Assembly: GCF_009914755.1 (NCBI RefSeq)
Contig: NC_060934.1
Length of the DNA: 64,000 bases
Origin: the human T2T-CHM13v2.0 reference genome, Homo sapiens
Direction: 5' to 3' (one strand)
Part shown: in pieces, positions 1-13,719 of the stretch
How positions within the stretch are numbered: position 1 is the first letter of the stretch
Layout of the letters: every line of letters begins with the position of its first letter
Translations under genes and position numbers: made by a program
Notes under the pieces: model-generated
What the model saw: the letters and a program-made list of their open reading frames with translations, nothing else
The model's database searches: none
Told to the model about the DNA's origin: nothing

Positions 1-420
1 GGCTGACACAGAGGAGGTCCCTGTGCTTGAGGAGCTTGTACAGAACTGGGGTGAATGGATGGTAAACACGCTAGTGGACAGAATAATTTCAGATTCTGGA
101 AGGTTCTAGAGAAAAAACAAAACAAAGTAATGTACCGAGGGGAAGCAAGGGACAGCTAGAGATACGGGGCCCAGGGGGGCAATAGCTGAGCTGAGATCTG
201 AAAGAACAGGAGTCGGTCATGCAAAGATCTGCAAAAGAAAATCCCAGGTGGGGGAAGAGCAAAGTGCAAAGGCCCAGAGGAGGGACCTGTCCTGGTGTGT
301 TCAGGATGGAGTGCTTGGAGAATGGCAGCTGAGCAGGAGAGTCAGTGGTGAGGTGGAAGAGATTAGCAGGAGTGGGGTCTTGTGTGCCTTGTCTCAGGGC
401 CAGACTGTGAACTTAGCATG
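1..420 (-). mobile_element. L2 LINE remnant
   Basis: Antisense L2 3'-region motifs (ctgagctgagatctgaa, gagcaaagtgcaaaggccc); highly diverged, approximate ends. Confidence 0.65.
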
Positions 421-1491
421 GAAAGGATTTTGTAACTTTTGTCACTACAGCACCTGGCACACAGTCAGTGCTTAATATATGTATGAATAACCATAAACAC
501 TTGTATGTATACCTGTTAATCAAACATTATTAAACAATACCTCATTTATCTAAGAATTGCTTCTTAGGCAACCTCTGCTAGCCAGGGTGCATCAAGAAGC
601 AACAAAGAAACAAACACAATTCAGAGACACCAAGTCAAGATGTCAAGAGTTTTATGTACTCCAAGTTGAACATTTTTCTCAGAGAATACTGACTTTGGTC
701 CTTGTTCAGAGCCCAGTAACTATTTCTTTATATACTATTATAGTACTTTCTTTGCATATTATTGTAATAACTTTGAGTGTTAATTTTCTCAGTTCCTAGC
801 AAATTTAGAGCAAGAAGTTATCATTGGGAAGGAAGTAGGAATTGGAAAATTGACATGAGAGGCAGACACTGTGATGGCAATATGACGTGACGACAGACAG
901 ACTGTAGATAGGAAGGAAACAGCTAGGACTTCAGAAAGCTCATCAGTATGAGTCTCTTGATTCAGAGACAAGCAGTCTTAAATATCACAGTAAGCCTGAG
1001 ACATCATGTATGATAGCTTGGTAAAAATACATGCTCTTAACAATGAGGATTCTGAAGTACTGCAGGACAGATTACGTTTTTTTTTTTTTCTCCATTTGTT
1101 TTATCGAAGAAAACAGGGAAGTAGAGACCATTCTAGAATAATTTCCATTTGAAATGGTTAAAATTCAAAAACAGATCTGGTGCTTAAGGATAAGCTTCAT
1201 TTATCTGGAAAATGTACTTCTATGGAAATCCTACCTCCTTGAATGATGCCAAATAAATGAAAATGTGATTGTTTAGCCCTTTGATCTTCAAAAGCCTTAG
1301 TACAAGTGGTAGATGATTTCCTGTGACCTCCCAATCAGACCAAGGAATTACTATTTCTGTTTTTTCTCCTTCCTAAGAGCAAGGTAGAAAATGACGAGCA
1401 AACAATGACATTATTACAGTGGCATTTTAATGGGTGTTCAGGGAACTAAAAAGTCAGCAGAGGCACTGTATGAAATATTCATGGGTATTTT

Positions 1492-1598
1492 TCTATTTTC
1501 TTGCCTCTTCTCGCTCCAGATACAGGAATGAAGTGTATCTGGAGAGAGAAGATACATACCATATCTGGAGAGAGAAGAGGCAAGAAAATAGATACAGG
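1492..1598. repeat. Inverted repeat / alternative hairpins
   Basis: 1492-1522 is the reverse complement of 1562-1592 (30/31); 1506-1524 also pairs with 1534-1552 (18/19). Confidence 0.9.
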
Positions 1599-2417
1599 CC
1601 AAGTGTTCTGAGTACAGGAAGCATGCAGAAATGGCTCCTGCAGGCCTATCTTTGACCTTTCATGGGAGGGATAGACAAGGCTCTTCCATCCCCCACCCCA
1701 AACCTTAATTTTTATTTTCCTGAAATCTTGTTTTTCCAGTAAGCTGAGATCCCTCTGCTTCTTGCAGAGTATCCAAGATCCTGAATGGATATTGACAGTC
1801 TAATCTCCCCTTGGGAATTAGAGGAGGATTTTGAAGATGCAAATTTCCCCACTAAAGGCTTCTGGGAGAGGGTGAATGTGATCAAACAGATTATTGTCAT
1901 TGAAGTGAGAAAATGGGGGCTGGATGGACTGGTCTGGGGTACCTCTTAGGTACTGCCTGTAAAGCGTTGACATGATACAAAGTCAGGAGATCCCTAGGAA
2001 GCACTTTCAGGGTTGGGGTGGTATCTTATCAGCAAGCTGCAGTTGCAACATTGCCTGCTTTTGCCTGTTAATGATTCTTAAATATAAGCTTGGCCACTAT
2101 ATGGGCCTACACTGCTTGTGTGTGCTTTTCTATGGAGACACATTATGTGAAATTCTAAACTTCCGAAACCAAATTTCATGGAAACACTCCTCTACCACAA
2201 GAATCCTTCTCTTAAGCACGTGCAGTCCCCTCACTGTTCCCACCTCTGAACATGAACTCATGTTTTCACCCAGGTGGATAGCTTTCATTCTCCACAGGTC
2301 CTATTAATTCTTTTGGTCCATCTCTGGCCCCACCTCCTCCAGTAAGTCCTCCCTGTTCACCCCAGTTTAGTGGGATTTCATCTCCTCATCTTTTGTGGCA
2401 CATGTTGCCTGACCATT

Positions 2418-2613
2418 TGTGGTGTGCTGGTCAATGTTCTCTAGGTGGAGGGGGAGAGTCCTGATTTGTAGCATTTACCAATTTCTGTAGTGTAAATACT
2501 TCTGCCATGGGTTATTTCAAGCTAACAATGTGGTGTTAGTGAATGCAGAGCTGGGAAGCAGGAAACGCATTTGCTTTTCTCCAACGATGCCAGCTGGCTG
2601 CGGCATACTACTG
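2418..2613 (-). mobile_element. MER63-like hAT MITE
   Basis: gtggtgtgctgg end; core ctgatttgtagcatttaccaatttctgtagtgtaaatact matches the recalled MER63 consensus in antisense. Confidence 0.7.
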
Positions 2614-2676
2614 CGTGGAGGGCCCTGGAACTGTCTTTGCATGTCTTTCTTATCTCTTCAACCAAAACCTAAGCCT

Positions 2677-3219
2677 CAGTGTTGCTTAACTCTGACTTCA
2701 CATTAGAAACGCTTGGTGATATGGTTTGGCTCTGTGTCCCTGCCCAAATCTCATCTCAAATTGTAATCCTAATGTGTCGAGGGAAGGACCTGATGGGAGG
2801 TGATCAGATTATGGGGGCAGTTTCCCCCATGCTATTCTCATGATAGTGAGTTTTCGAGAGATGTGATGGTTTTAAAAGTGTGGCACTTCCCCTTCACTTG
2901 CTCGCTCTCCTGGTGCCATGTAAGACATCCTTGCTTCTCCTGTACCTTCCATCATGATTGTAAGTTTCCTGAGGCTTCTCTAGCCATGCGGAACTGAGTC
3001 AATGAAATCTACTTTCTTTATAAATTGCCCAGTCTCAGGTAGTATCTTTATAGCAATGTGAAAATAGACAAATACACTTGGGAGTCTGTGACAAATACTA
3101 GTGCTCAGACTCCATCCCCAGAGTTTCTGAGTCATTGGTTGTGGTAGGGACCCAGGCGTAAGTATTTTTAAGCAGCTTTCCAGTTGAGTGTGATGTACAG
3201 CCAGAAGTGAGAACTGCTG
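2677..3219. mobile_element. MER5B-like hAT MITE split by the THE1 LTR
   Basis: cagtgttgcttaac...gcttgg | cttgggag...gtgagaactgctg; the halves rejoin across the LTR TSD. Confidence 0.65.
2717..3076 (+). mobile_element. THE1D/MSTA-type MaLR solo LTR
   Basis: TGATATGGTTTGGCTCTGTGTCCC start, AATACA end, 5-bp TSD CTTGG at 2712-2716 and 3077-3081. Confidence 0.9.
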
Positions 3220-3246
3220 CCTTAAATGCAGGGAGGATATTTTTTT

Positions 3247-3413
3247 CAGTGTTTCTCAAAGTGTGGTCCCTGGCACGTGATAGAAATGCTAATTTTTGGT
3301 TCATACCCCAAACCTGCTGAATGAGAAACTCAGGGTGGGAGATTAGACCAGTATTCTGCGGTTTAATAAGCCCTCCAGGTGATTCTTACGCATGCTAGAT
3401 TTGAGAACCACTG
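3247..3413. mobile_element. MER5A hAT MITE
   Basis: TIRs cagtgtttctcaaa / tttgagaaccactg; internal aagccctccaggtgattct. Confidence 0.85.
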
Positions 3414-3872
3414 TCTTCTATCTTCTGAATACTTATGAAAACTAAAGACAGTTATAGGCACACAGCTGTGCCCAATCAACACTTGTTGATTAAAATCTAT
3501 CAGGGAGTACATTTTCATGAAGCAAGCTATTTTTTCCTCTTTGTGAGAAGATTTAGTACAGAGTACCTTAAAATAGAGGTTTCTTTTTGCAGATTGAATC
3601 ATGTGGCTTACAAATAGTCAAGGATCTAGGATTTACTGTTCATTCAGCTATGTGGAAACACACCTATTACATTAAACAAAGTAGAGTTTATTCATTCCAC
3701 AAATATGTATTGATAGCTGGGAATAATTTGTTATTAGTCCATCTTCCCTTATGATGGCCACTCTCCATCAGGGCAGAACAGGCGTGGACTTCTATGCTCC
3801 ACTTGTTACTTACAAGCTAGATGATCTTGTGGCCAACGCTTCTTTAGACCATATTTTTTCAAAGTTATTAAT

Positions 3873-4244
3873 TGATATTGTTTGGCTGTGTCTCCACCCA
3901 AAATCTCATTTTGAATTGTAATCCCCATAATCTTCACATGTCAAGGAAGGTAATTGAGTCATGGGGGTGGTTCCCTGCATGCTGTTCTCCTAATAGTAAG
4001 TGAGCTCTCATGAAATCTGATGGTTTCATAAGTGGTTGGTAGTTCCTCCTGCATTCATTCTCTCTCCTGCCACCTCGTGAGGAAGGTGCCTTGCTTCCCT
4101 TTTGCCTTCCACCATGATTGTAAGTTTCCTGAGGCCTCCCCAGCCATGCAGAACTATGAGTCAATTAAACCTTTTTTTTTTTTTTTTAATGAATTACCAG
4201 TGGAAGGTACTGGTAATTCATTAAAATGAAAATGGACTAATACA
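3873..4244 (+). mobile_element. THE1-type MaLR solo LTR
   Basis: TGATATTGTTTGGCTGTG start, GGACTAATACA end, TSD TTAAT at 3868-3872 and 4245-4249. Confidence 0.9.
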
Positions 4245-4404
4245 TTAATTTTACATAGTTTTCTGTTTTGGCTTGATGCAGGATATCTAAAAAACTTATA
4301 ATAAACTTCATAAATAATGATGAAAATAGTGATACATTCTTATTACATTCAGAGCAAAAAAACCTGATACCTTTACTACTTCTGCTTTTTCAACAGTAGC
4401 AGTG

Positions 4405-4568
4405 CTATGTTTATCAAACTTTAATGTGCATGTGAACTCCTGGGGATCCTGTTGAACTGTAGATTCTGATGAAGCGGTCTGAGGTGGGGCTTCAGATTAT
4501 GTATTTCTAGCCAGCTTCCAGGTGATGCCAATGCTGCTGGCTCATAGACCACATACTGAGTAGTGAGG
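4405..4568. mobile_element. MER5A1-like hAT MITE
   Basis: caaactttaatgtgcatgtgaactcctggggatc...ccaggtgatgccaatgctgctgg matches MER5A1 in antisense. Confidence 0.75.
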
Positions 4569-5034
4569 CTTTGAGATTCTAGCTGATGCAATAAAATAAG
4601 GAAAAGGAAGAAAGGGTATGAGAACTGCAAAGGAAAATTATTTGCAAAAATGATTGCCTACAGAAAAGATTTACAAACCATTAAAACTAATAAGAATTTT
4701 ATGCTTTACACATTCTGAGGTGCCCAGCTGCCTGGTGAGGTAGTTGTAGGGTCAAGTGATAGTAATTTGTAAATCATAAAGTATTCTAGATGCTTGAGCC
4801 AAGAAGGTAATGAAGTATTAGCTTCTCAAAGCATGGTTAATTGCACTACATTGCCTGGTCCATAGTACTGGGGTAATGTTTTTTTCAGAATGCTTAACTA
4901 TGGTTCACCCAGCAGGCTCTAGGAATATATTTTTCACCTGTTTCCTGTGTCATATGAATCAGTTCCCTAAGTAGATTATTCCAGTTTTCAGAGACAGGGA
5001 GTTTCTTAAACTCCCTTTGGCAACGTGGTGAAGT

Positions 5035-5200
5035 GAAGAAATGACAAATAGGTTTTATCTGGTAGTCAACTCTGATGGATTGTCCAGGATTTCTGGAGTC
5101 TAAATGCTGAGATTATTTGTGCCTGAAGGCATGAGTGCTGTGATGGATCAGTGATGTCTGCCATCACAGAGGTCAGGGAAGGTGGTGGGCTGGTCCCTAG
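5035..5200. mobile_element. MER102-like hAT remnant
   Basis: caaataggttttatct...aactctgatggattg and tgctgtgatggatcagtgatgtctgcc resemble recalled MER102. Confidence 0.5.
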
Positions 5201-5559
5201 AGCTGGACTAACTTAGGTTTGAATCTCTACCAACAGCCAGAGACTCCTATTATTAAGCTCTGAGACCTCTTTTTAGGTCTGTGGGAGTGCCCTATATTTA
5301 CGTTTCTTTCCTTTGGACCCCGTGGAACCTAGTCTTTTCTCTCTACCTTAACCATACTTCCTCTGTCCCCTGTAATTTCTCTCTCCTTGAGTGTGATGAG
5401 ACAGGAAGACAGTTTCCTCAACTCTCCTTTTCCTCATAAGCCCCTTGCCCTTATGGGCCTGACTCCCAGTCTTTTGTAGAAACAAACAAATACCAACATG
5501 AAGAAATGAGGAGGTTTATGGAGCCTTACAAAGCTGTATGGTCGTGGAGCTAGTCTCCA

Positions 5560-6105
5560 ACTCCTAAGTAGTTTAGGGGAATTTCTGAGTCCCTGTCTCC
5601 TTATCTGTAAAATGGGAGGTAATTATTTTGACCTCTCAGGGTTGTTGAGAGATTAAGTGATGTATAACGTACATGAAAACACCCAGTGGCTGGTACACAG
5701 CAGGTATTCAGTCACTGTTGGTTCCTTCTTCCAGCCAGCCCCCTGTGCACTTTGTCAACAAGGCTGACATAGAGTGGACGTTGTGACTAGATAGCTTTCT
5801 TGGCATAGAATCTAGATGACCTTCCTACATGCCGTTGGATGGGGAGAAATAACAATTATTTTTATTTAATAAAAACTCCCAAAGCTCTCGCACTATGCCA
5901 GGAATAGTTCAAAGTGCATTGTACATATTAGCTCATTTAATTTTTTTAATAACTATAAATTGGGTGCTATTTCACAGATGAGGAAACTGAGCCAATGAGA
6001 AATTAAGTGCAGTTCCCAAGGTCACTCAGCTAATAAGTGTCAGACCTGGGATTCCCACCCAGTGAGTCTGGCTCCAGGGTCTGTGTTTTTAGCTGCCTTA
6101 CTATG
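5560..6105. mobile_element. Two MIR SINEs (+ at ~5560-5720, - at ~5850-6105)
   Basis: MIR core ccttatctgtaaaatggg, and acagatgaggaaactgag...cccaaggtcac. Confidence 0.8.
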
Positions 6106-7712
6106 TTCCCACATCTAGGCCTGTGTGGGGAACATCTTGGTATCCACAGCTACTAACTTGCCCTTTGGGGCTAGAGAGGTTAGGGATTTGCTTTGTTTCT
6201 TGGGGGATTCCTTATCTTCTGGACTTTCTTGAAACAATACTTCTTCTTGACTCTGGCATTATTCTGCTGCATTCAGCAGGGTTCCCCAAATGACCCAGGA
6301 AAAATGTCAGCATGGGAGAGAGGGGAGTTGGGACTAAGTCTGGGACAGACCCAGTGAATCTGTTAAATCAGACCAGAGTGAACTGCCAGTGTGAGGCCAT
6401 GGTCTGACTGCTGTGGTATTCATGAGCAGAGCTGAGAAAGTGATTGAGGAGAGTCTTGGTGGAACAGAGACAGTCACCACATCTGTATTTGTCTCTTTGG
6501 CCAATACTGAAGCCTTCACTCTCACTCCCATGTGTGGGGTTGTGAGAGGAACCATTGCATGGAGCAAATAGTGGCATCTGTACTTACCTCTGTCCAGGCA
6601 CATTGCATTCACAGTGCTTGTTTGCTTGTCTGTGTCTCATGTGAGCTTTGTGGGAAGAGGAGGGGCTGTGTCTTTGTGTTCACTCTTGTATCGCAGGCAC
6701 TGGCACAGTGCCTAGCACAGAGCAGTAAATGAATCATGAATGAATGACTCATTCAAGAAAAGGCCCTCCATACTGCTGACTGTTGGAGGATGCTGTCCTC
6801 CTTCACAGTGGCCAGTTGAGCATTCACATTGACTTTCTGTTGCTGCCACTGTATGGGCCATGTTGGAGACAGGATTTGGAAAAGTGGTAGATGGAAGGAA
6901 AAGCAGAGAGCACACACTGGGTCCAAGAAGATGTGGGGCCACGGTACCTCTGAATGTGCTGTGTGTGGTGGAGTATAATTCTCCATTGTAACTTGAATTG
7001 TTTTTGAGAAAATGGCAACTTCCTTTCTGTGTCCACCCAAAGGGTGCATATTGGCCTTCTGTGACATATTGTCCCATTATCTTCTCCCCCATGACTATGT
7101 GGTTTGATTTAACATAAATATTATCTGCATTCCAGTATTATAGACAAGGTTCATTTATCCCTGGGTAATGATCTTTTAGGTTTCTAATGTTTCAGGGGTT
7201 AGAGGAAGGATGGGAAAAGTGGTTGTTCTCAGATTCACATTCCTTCAATACTTCTGGTGACTAGCCTCACATCCCCAAGTTCTCCTTGCCTTCTGATTAA
7301 ATGTGGTTCTGACTCTCAACATCTTGTTTTCCCAGCTTAAGTGTAAGCCCTCTGAGAGCTGATTCTGTGACTTGTGCTGACACAGCTCAGGATTTACATA
7401 GAGAAAATGATCAGTAAATACTTGAGTAGTGGGCAGTGTTTGTCCACTTAATCTGTGCTGCAGCAATGGAAAAAATGACCTTCTCAAGAGGGTGGCAAGT
7501 CCTGCTTTGCAAATCACTGAGTAAAGGAAAAGCCCCGAGGAGCCTTGGGACTGCTAGCCTACCTGCTCAATAAAGTTCCACCTTAAGATACAGGCTAAGC
7601 CTTACCTCCTGGGCCTGCAGTAACAACATATTTTGTAATGCTGATTCCAGAGGACTTGACTGTGGCAAGCTTGGGTAAGTTAGGTATCAGTACATGTCTT
7701 TGGAAATTGCAG

Positions 7713-8013
7713 CCTTCTCCCCCTTCCCCCTTTCCCTTCCTCTCCCTTTCTTGCTCCTTGTTTTTATTCCTCCCCCTTCCCCTTTTCCTTCCCCCTTCCC
7801 CTCCCACTTCCACTCCCCGTTCCCCTTCCCCTTCTCCACTCCCTTCCCCTTCCCCTCCCACTTGCCTTCCTCTCCCCCTCCGCCTCCCCTCCCCTTTCCT
7901 CTCCTCGCTCTCTTTCTGCTTCCCCTTCCCTTTCCCCTTTCCCTTCCCTCCCTTTTCCCTTCTCCCTTCCCCTCCCTCTTCTTCCCCCCTCTCCTCCCCT
8001 TCCTCCTACTCTT
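7713..8013. repeat. CT-rich polypyrimidine/polypurine tract
   Basis: About 300 bp of (CCCTT/CCCCTT)-like units with very few purines on the + strand. Confidence 0.95.
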
Positions 8014-8254
8014 GGTTTTTGATAAATTTATGAGTCTATTAGAGCTTGCTGGTAGTATAAAACATGGTCAATAGGTGCCACTCTTTGAATAGTTTTACTG
8101 TAGGCATTGCTCATCGTACTCCAGTACAGTGCATACTAAGGGATCTAGAACCCAGATGTTTAACAGAATAAGCAGAATTGGCACTTGAGTCAAATGTTTT
8201 CTGAAAATAAACCTCTAAATATATTCTCCTTGACCTGGGTCAGAACTGTAGAGC

Positions 8255-8450
8255 AGAGCTTCTAAAGGTATGGTTCACAGGAGAACTGCCTTAGAATTAC
8301 AATTACCTGTCTTACTTGTTTAAAGTACAGCTTCTTGAGCTCCAAAGTAAATGCACAGAATCTAACTCCATAGGGAAGGCACCATGAATCTGCACTGTTC
8401 TGGGAGCTCCCCAGGTGATTCTTACATGCACTGAAGTTTGAGAATCATTT
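8255..8450. mobile_element. MER5-family hAT MITE
   Basis: ctccccaggtgattcttacatgcactgaagtttgagaatca end. Confidence 0.6.
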
Positions 8451-10622
8451 AGAGCAGTCACTTTTCCTTCTTTAGAGGGAGATAAGTAGGCACATTGGAT
8501 TGGAATTCAGTATTAAGGAGGTGAACAACAGATAGTTTTTGAGACATCTGAGAGTTTGTTATACTGAAAAAACTGTGTCCTACTTTTTTTTTCTAAATTG
8601 TATTTTATAACACAAAGTATATTTAAGGAGAAGTTGTGGTTGAGACGGGGCCAGGGAGAATGGGAGAAAGGAAACAAAAAATTAGATAAGCAAAAAGATT
8701 TTTTTCTGTCTATTGTTTTCTTCAATGGTGTGGTATCCATTACCATCAAACAGAGCACCTGTAATAAGTCACCAGGGCTCTTGAAGAAATTGGTGAAGCT
8801 TCATTCTCTTGCAGTGCTTATTAGTGATTCAGTGTTTGTTCAGCTTCTGCTGATGGAGAATTTTCTCTTCGGAAGCTTCACAAGTCAGAGGTTACCCCTT
8901 GCTCCCTCCAACCCAATTTTCTATGCAAGAAGCATCTACTTTCTCTGCCTAATTAGAGACACTCCTCCTCCTGAATGACACTGGAGTGACCTGTCATGGA
9001 GGCAAAATGAGAGCACATAGAGAGTGTGGGTAAGTATGTAAAGACCTGGGCCCAGAGGGAGGTACAGAGGGCAGGGGCAAAGTGTGGAGCTGGCTATGCA
9101 GACCGAATCCAAATGGCCTTAGAGAGTAGCTCCACTTTCCAGCACCCTCTCTGCAGAATATTGACACAGGCTTCACTTTGTTTCTTCCTTGCTTCTGTGT
9201 CTCCCCTCTCCCACCACTCTATCTTCCAAACCTTCCACCTCTCCTGTTTTCATGAGTGGAAGAAGAGAGGGTCAAAGAACTGCCAACTTACTTGCATTTA
9301 AGAAAGTGGAGCCAACATGTAGTGTGAGAAATGTGTGGGCTCTTCACAATTGCACAGGGAAGAGCAGAGATTCAGGAGAAATGACACTCCTTCCAGGGGC
9401 TCTAGACTGCTGCATGTTAGGTCCCTACCAGCCCACAGCCAGAGGAAAAGCCAGGGTGAGGCCACTTCACAGGGCTGGCTCTGGAGGCCATCCCAGATGC
9501 TGTGCCCACGGGGGTGTTGTGGGCTGTTTCTGTTTCTGGAAACAGTTTCAGAACCTGAGTATCTGAGGAGATATCCGGAGGACCACAGTGAACATTCCTA
9601 CTCCTTGAATGGAGGCTGGCCATGGTCCTTGCTGTGGGGAATGTGCCTAGGTTTGGGGAGATGCCTGCTGAGGAGCTTGGGACCCAGGTGTAAGATTCAG
9701 CATCTGATGGAAGAAGCTGGCAAGCATTACCTGCATCCTGTTCTGGTACCTAAAGGGAGGGGGGAATTTTCAAGACTTGTTAGAGCCAGGGGAGATCCAC
9801 CAAGAATTAATGCCCAGCCTCCAGGAAGTCTGAGACATCTGCTTGGAGCCAGGGACATTTAGCTGCTGGTGTCTAGGGTGATGCTGTCAGGAGTGAGCAC
9901 TGACTCTGAGGCTTAAGTGTCCCCTCTCTGTGTGTGCGACCTTGAATAGGACTTTCCCTGTATGTGTCAGCTCCTTATCTGCAAAATGAAGGGTTTAGGC
10001 ATGCTGAGCCCTAAGTCTTGGCTTAGTCTTATAAATTATACACTTTTGTCAGATGACTTTTCTTTTGGGGGCCATTTGGGATAATGATAATGATGACTGT
10101 TATGGCAGTGTTGGCTGCCCGAGAGCGAAACAGGCTCCCTATGAGGTCATGAGCCCTTTGTCACTAGGGGTATTCATGTAGTCATCAAAGAGCACTTATG
10201 AGTGATTTCAAGACAATTTCATCAGGAATATCCAACTATTAAAAAGTTAGATTCCTGGGCTGCAACCTACTCTCAAGGACTCCAATTCGGCAGGCTTGGG
10301 ATGGGACCTGGGAATTTACGTGAGGAACAAATCTGGATCAATGTGCTGCTGTAGGGAGGACATGTGAGATTGGGAGCCCTGTCCACTGTACCCCTCAGTG
10401 CAGGTTCACAAAGTGCAGGAGCTGAATAAAGGTTTTGGGAAACCTCATAGAGATGGAATCTGTTTGCTTTTGATTATCTCAGTGTTTCCAGAATTGAGTG
10501 TGGGACTTTTGTGTATAAGTGGAAAAGGGGACTCCTATTTCGAGGCCACAGAAGCAGTTCCATGGTATCTGTGGGGATGCCAGTTTTGTGGGTTTTACTG
10601 TATTTCATGGGAGGATCTGTGG

Positions 10623-11266
<644 letters not shown>

Positions 11267-11279
11267 GTCTATGAGATGC

Positions 11280-11435
11280 TTTTTGCTCAACGTGTGGTCC
11301 AAAACCCAGCAGTGTCGGCATCACCTGGGAGCTTGTTGGAAAGGCAGACTCTCAGGCCCCACTCCTATCTACTGAATCAGAATTTGCGTTTAGCACTATT
11401 CCAGGGGATTCTGCACATGAAATTGAGAAGTGTTG
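11280..11435. mobile_element. MER5A1-like hAT MITE
   Basis: ctcaacgtgtggtcc...catcacctgggagcttgtt...ctactgaatcagaat...ttgagaag. Confidence 0.8.
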
Positions 11436-13514
11436 TGTCAGATGCTCTCTTTTCCAGTTTCAAGATTTTCTGTTCCTTGAATTCTGTGTGGATGTTGTTA
11501 GCTAATAAGCAGTGCTGATGTGAGAAAGATGGGCCCCTGTGTGCAAGAGTAGAGGTGGCTCATGGAATCTCTGCTTGGCCCCTGACCCTCTAAAAGGGCC
11601 CTGGGATCCCTGGGCAGAAGATGTGCCCATCACAGTGTAATGAATTCTAATTTGAATCTTGGCCAGGGTTCATCCTTGGGACCTCAGTGTGCTGAACTTT
11701 TGGGGTGGCAGGCTATCACTGAGACAGCCTAGCCAGGCAGCAGGAGGACCTTGAGCATGAGATGATGTTTGCACAGGCATGGCCTCTCCTTGCTCACTAT
11801 GCCGTGAAGGTAAAATATCCTACTTCTCAGATAGAGGGTGCAAAGTTTGGTACAAGTGCCAATGCACTCAAAGGATAAGGAGTAGTCCAGGACCACAACA
11901 GGGATTTTAGACAGTTTCTCATGCATGCCACTGGTGCTGGTTGACCCCTTCAAGCAACCTGCATCACACTAGATACAATGAGAAGGACGATGGGGGAGGG
12001 AAAGTGAGTTGACCAAGGCTGACTCCAGGAGGTTCTCCTCTTCTCCTCTGAGAGCCCTAGCCTTGGCTTCCTCTTGGATCATGTGTTCCGACTGTTGTCT
12101 TTTTCCAGTTGGCCTCCTTGAAAGGTTTTTTGGGGATGCTTAGATTCATTCTCTGAGTTAGGAATGTGTATCTGGGTGCAGGGAGGGGCCAATGCTTAGG
12201 CTAAGACTTGTGTTTCGATAGGTGGGGCTTGGGTGTGGGGATGACCCCAGGATGGGCGTCTTGGGTGTTGCAACCTGGACGGGAACACTCCCTGCCTGTC
12301 ATCTCCACCTCCTTTCCAGAATCCTCTGTCATTGTTTCTTAGGGAGCTTCTTAGAAACTCTGCTTCTAGGGGACTGGTGGGGTGGTGGCAGGGGATTGTG
12401 CAGCAGGGGTGGGTGGGCAAGGATCTGCATCTGCAGGTCTCCCTGGACCTCACCTGTCCACTGCCCTGGCCCTTCTCACACTCCCAGCTGCTTGCTCTCC
12501 CACAACAGGGACCCTGTGTCTCACAGTTTTGGCATTGATCCTAGGGGCCAGCTTCCTTGCTTCTCTGGTGTCTCTGATTAAGTTCAGGAAAGGAGCCTCA
12601 GCAATTCCACCAGGTTGGCCACAGCCCAAATCTCTGTCATTTTCTTGTTACTCTTAACAATGTCTGCTGGGTACTTTGGGCACTGTGGGGTTTCATTCAT
12701 CAGCCCAGATCAAGCCGTTTTTCCTCTTGGATTCACTTATTGTCTCACATGACGTTATTCCCCCGCTTTCCCTTGCATTCACCCTCTGTTCTTCTTTGAT
12801 CCAGCCTCTTCTAGTCTTCAAAAGATGCCATGATCTTTGCCATCACAGTACCTTTGTTCTCTGCCAGGAAAGACCTCTTTCCTCCATTTCTCCAAATCCT
12901 GCTTGTCCTTGAAGACTCAGATTCTCACCTTTTCCTGGAAGCCTTTTCTGATCATTCCTGGCCTTGCCAATCTCTTTTTATACCAGACTTCTGTTGCATG
13001 TATGGTCAGTCAATTCATCAAAAAGCACATATTGGCACATGAGTCAAGGGAGATGCCAAGGACACAGAGATGAACTAGACCTGACCTCTGCCTTATGGTT
13101 TAGGGAGGAAGACATATTCAGTAAACCATTACCAATAATTAGTAAATTACTTGCAAATGTGAATGGGCTGGAAGAAGGCGTGCTGGGTACTGTGGGGGTA
13201 TCTCATGGGGAGATATAGTATGAGGCAAGGCTTCCCTGAAGAAGCAGCATTTAACATGAGCATTGAAGGAGTGGGTATCTAAAGCAGGGGAGCAGCACAC
13301 ATGTGAGTCCCGAGGAGGTCAGTGAGGCTGGAGAGGTGACAGTCATGCAGCAGGGACAGGTGCACGAGTATCTGAGACCACAGAGGCATGGCCTTTCCTT
13401 GCAGCATGCTAGCATGTGTGTTAATCTTTCCTAGTCCTTCTAGTTAGGCTATGAGTTCCTTGTAGGCAAGGGCTGCACCAAGAGCCCTTGGAAACTCGGA
13501 TTCATTCCCAGCTG

Positions 13515-13719
13515 CAGTGGTATGCTGTTGCCTAGTGACTTTTAGAGCTGATTGATAAATTGTCAGAAATTCTATGAGCTGTTTAATGCACATCAGTTGC
13601 TAGAAATTGGCCATGATGAGAATATTTACACTATGGAAATTGGTAAATGCTATAAATCTGGGCTCTTCTATTTTTCCTTTCAGTGAGCTGGTGTTTAAAC
13701 ATTTACCAGCACACCACTG
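13515..13719 (+). mobile_element. MER63-like hAT MITE
   Basis: TIRs cagtggtatgctg / cagcacaccactg, flanked by CCAGCTG direct repeats. Confidence 0.8.

Noticed and set aside
7595-8074. Pro/Ser/Leu-rich and Gly/Glu-rich ORFs
   Set aside because: Stop-free by-products of the CT low-complexity tract.
9335-9862. 175-aa ORF
   Set aside because: Non-ATG start, no recognisable domain or homolog, overlapping ORFs in other frames.
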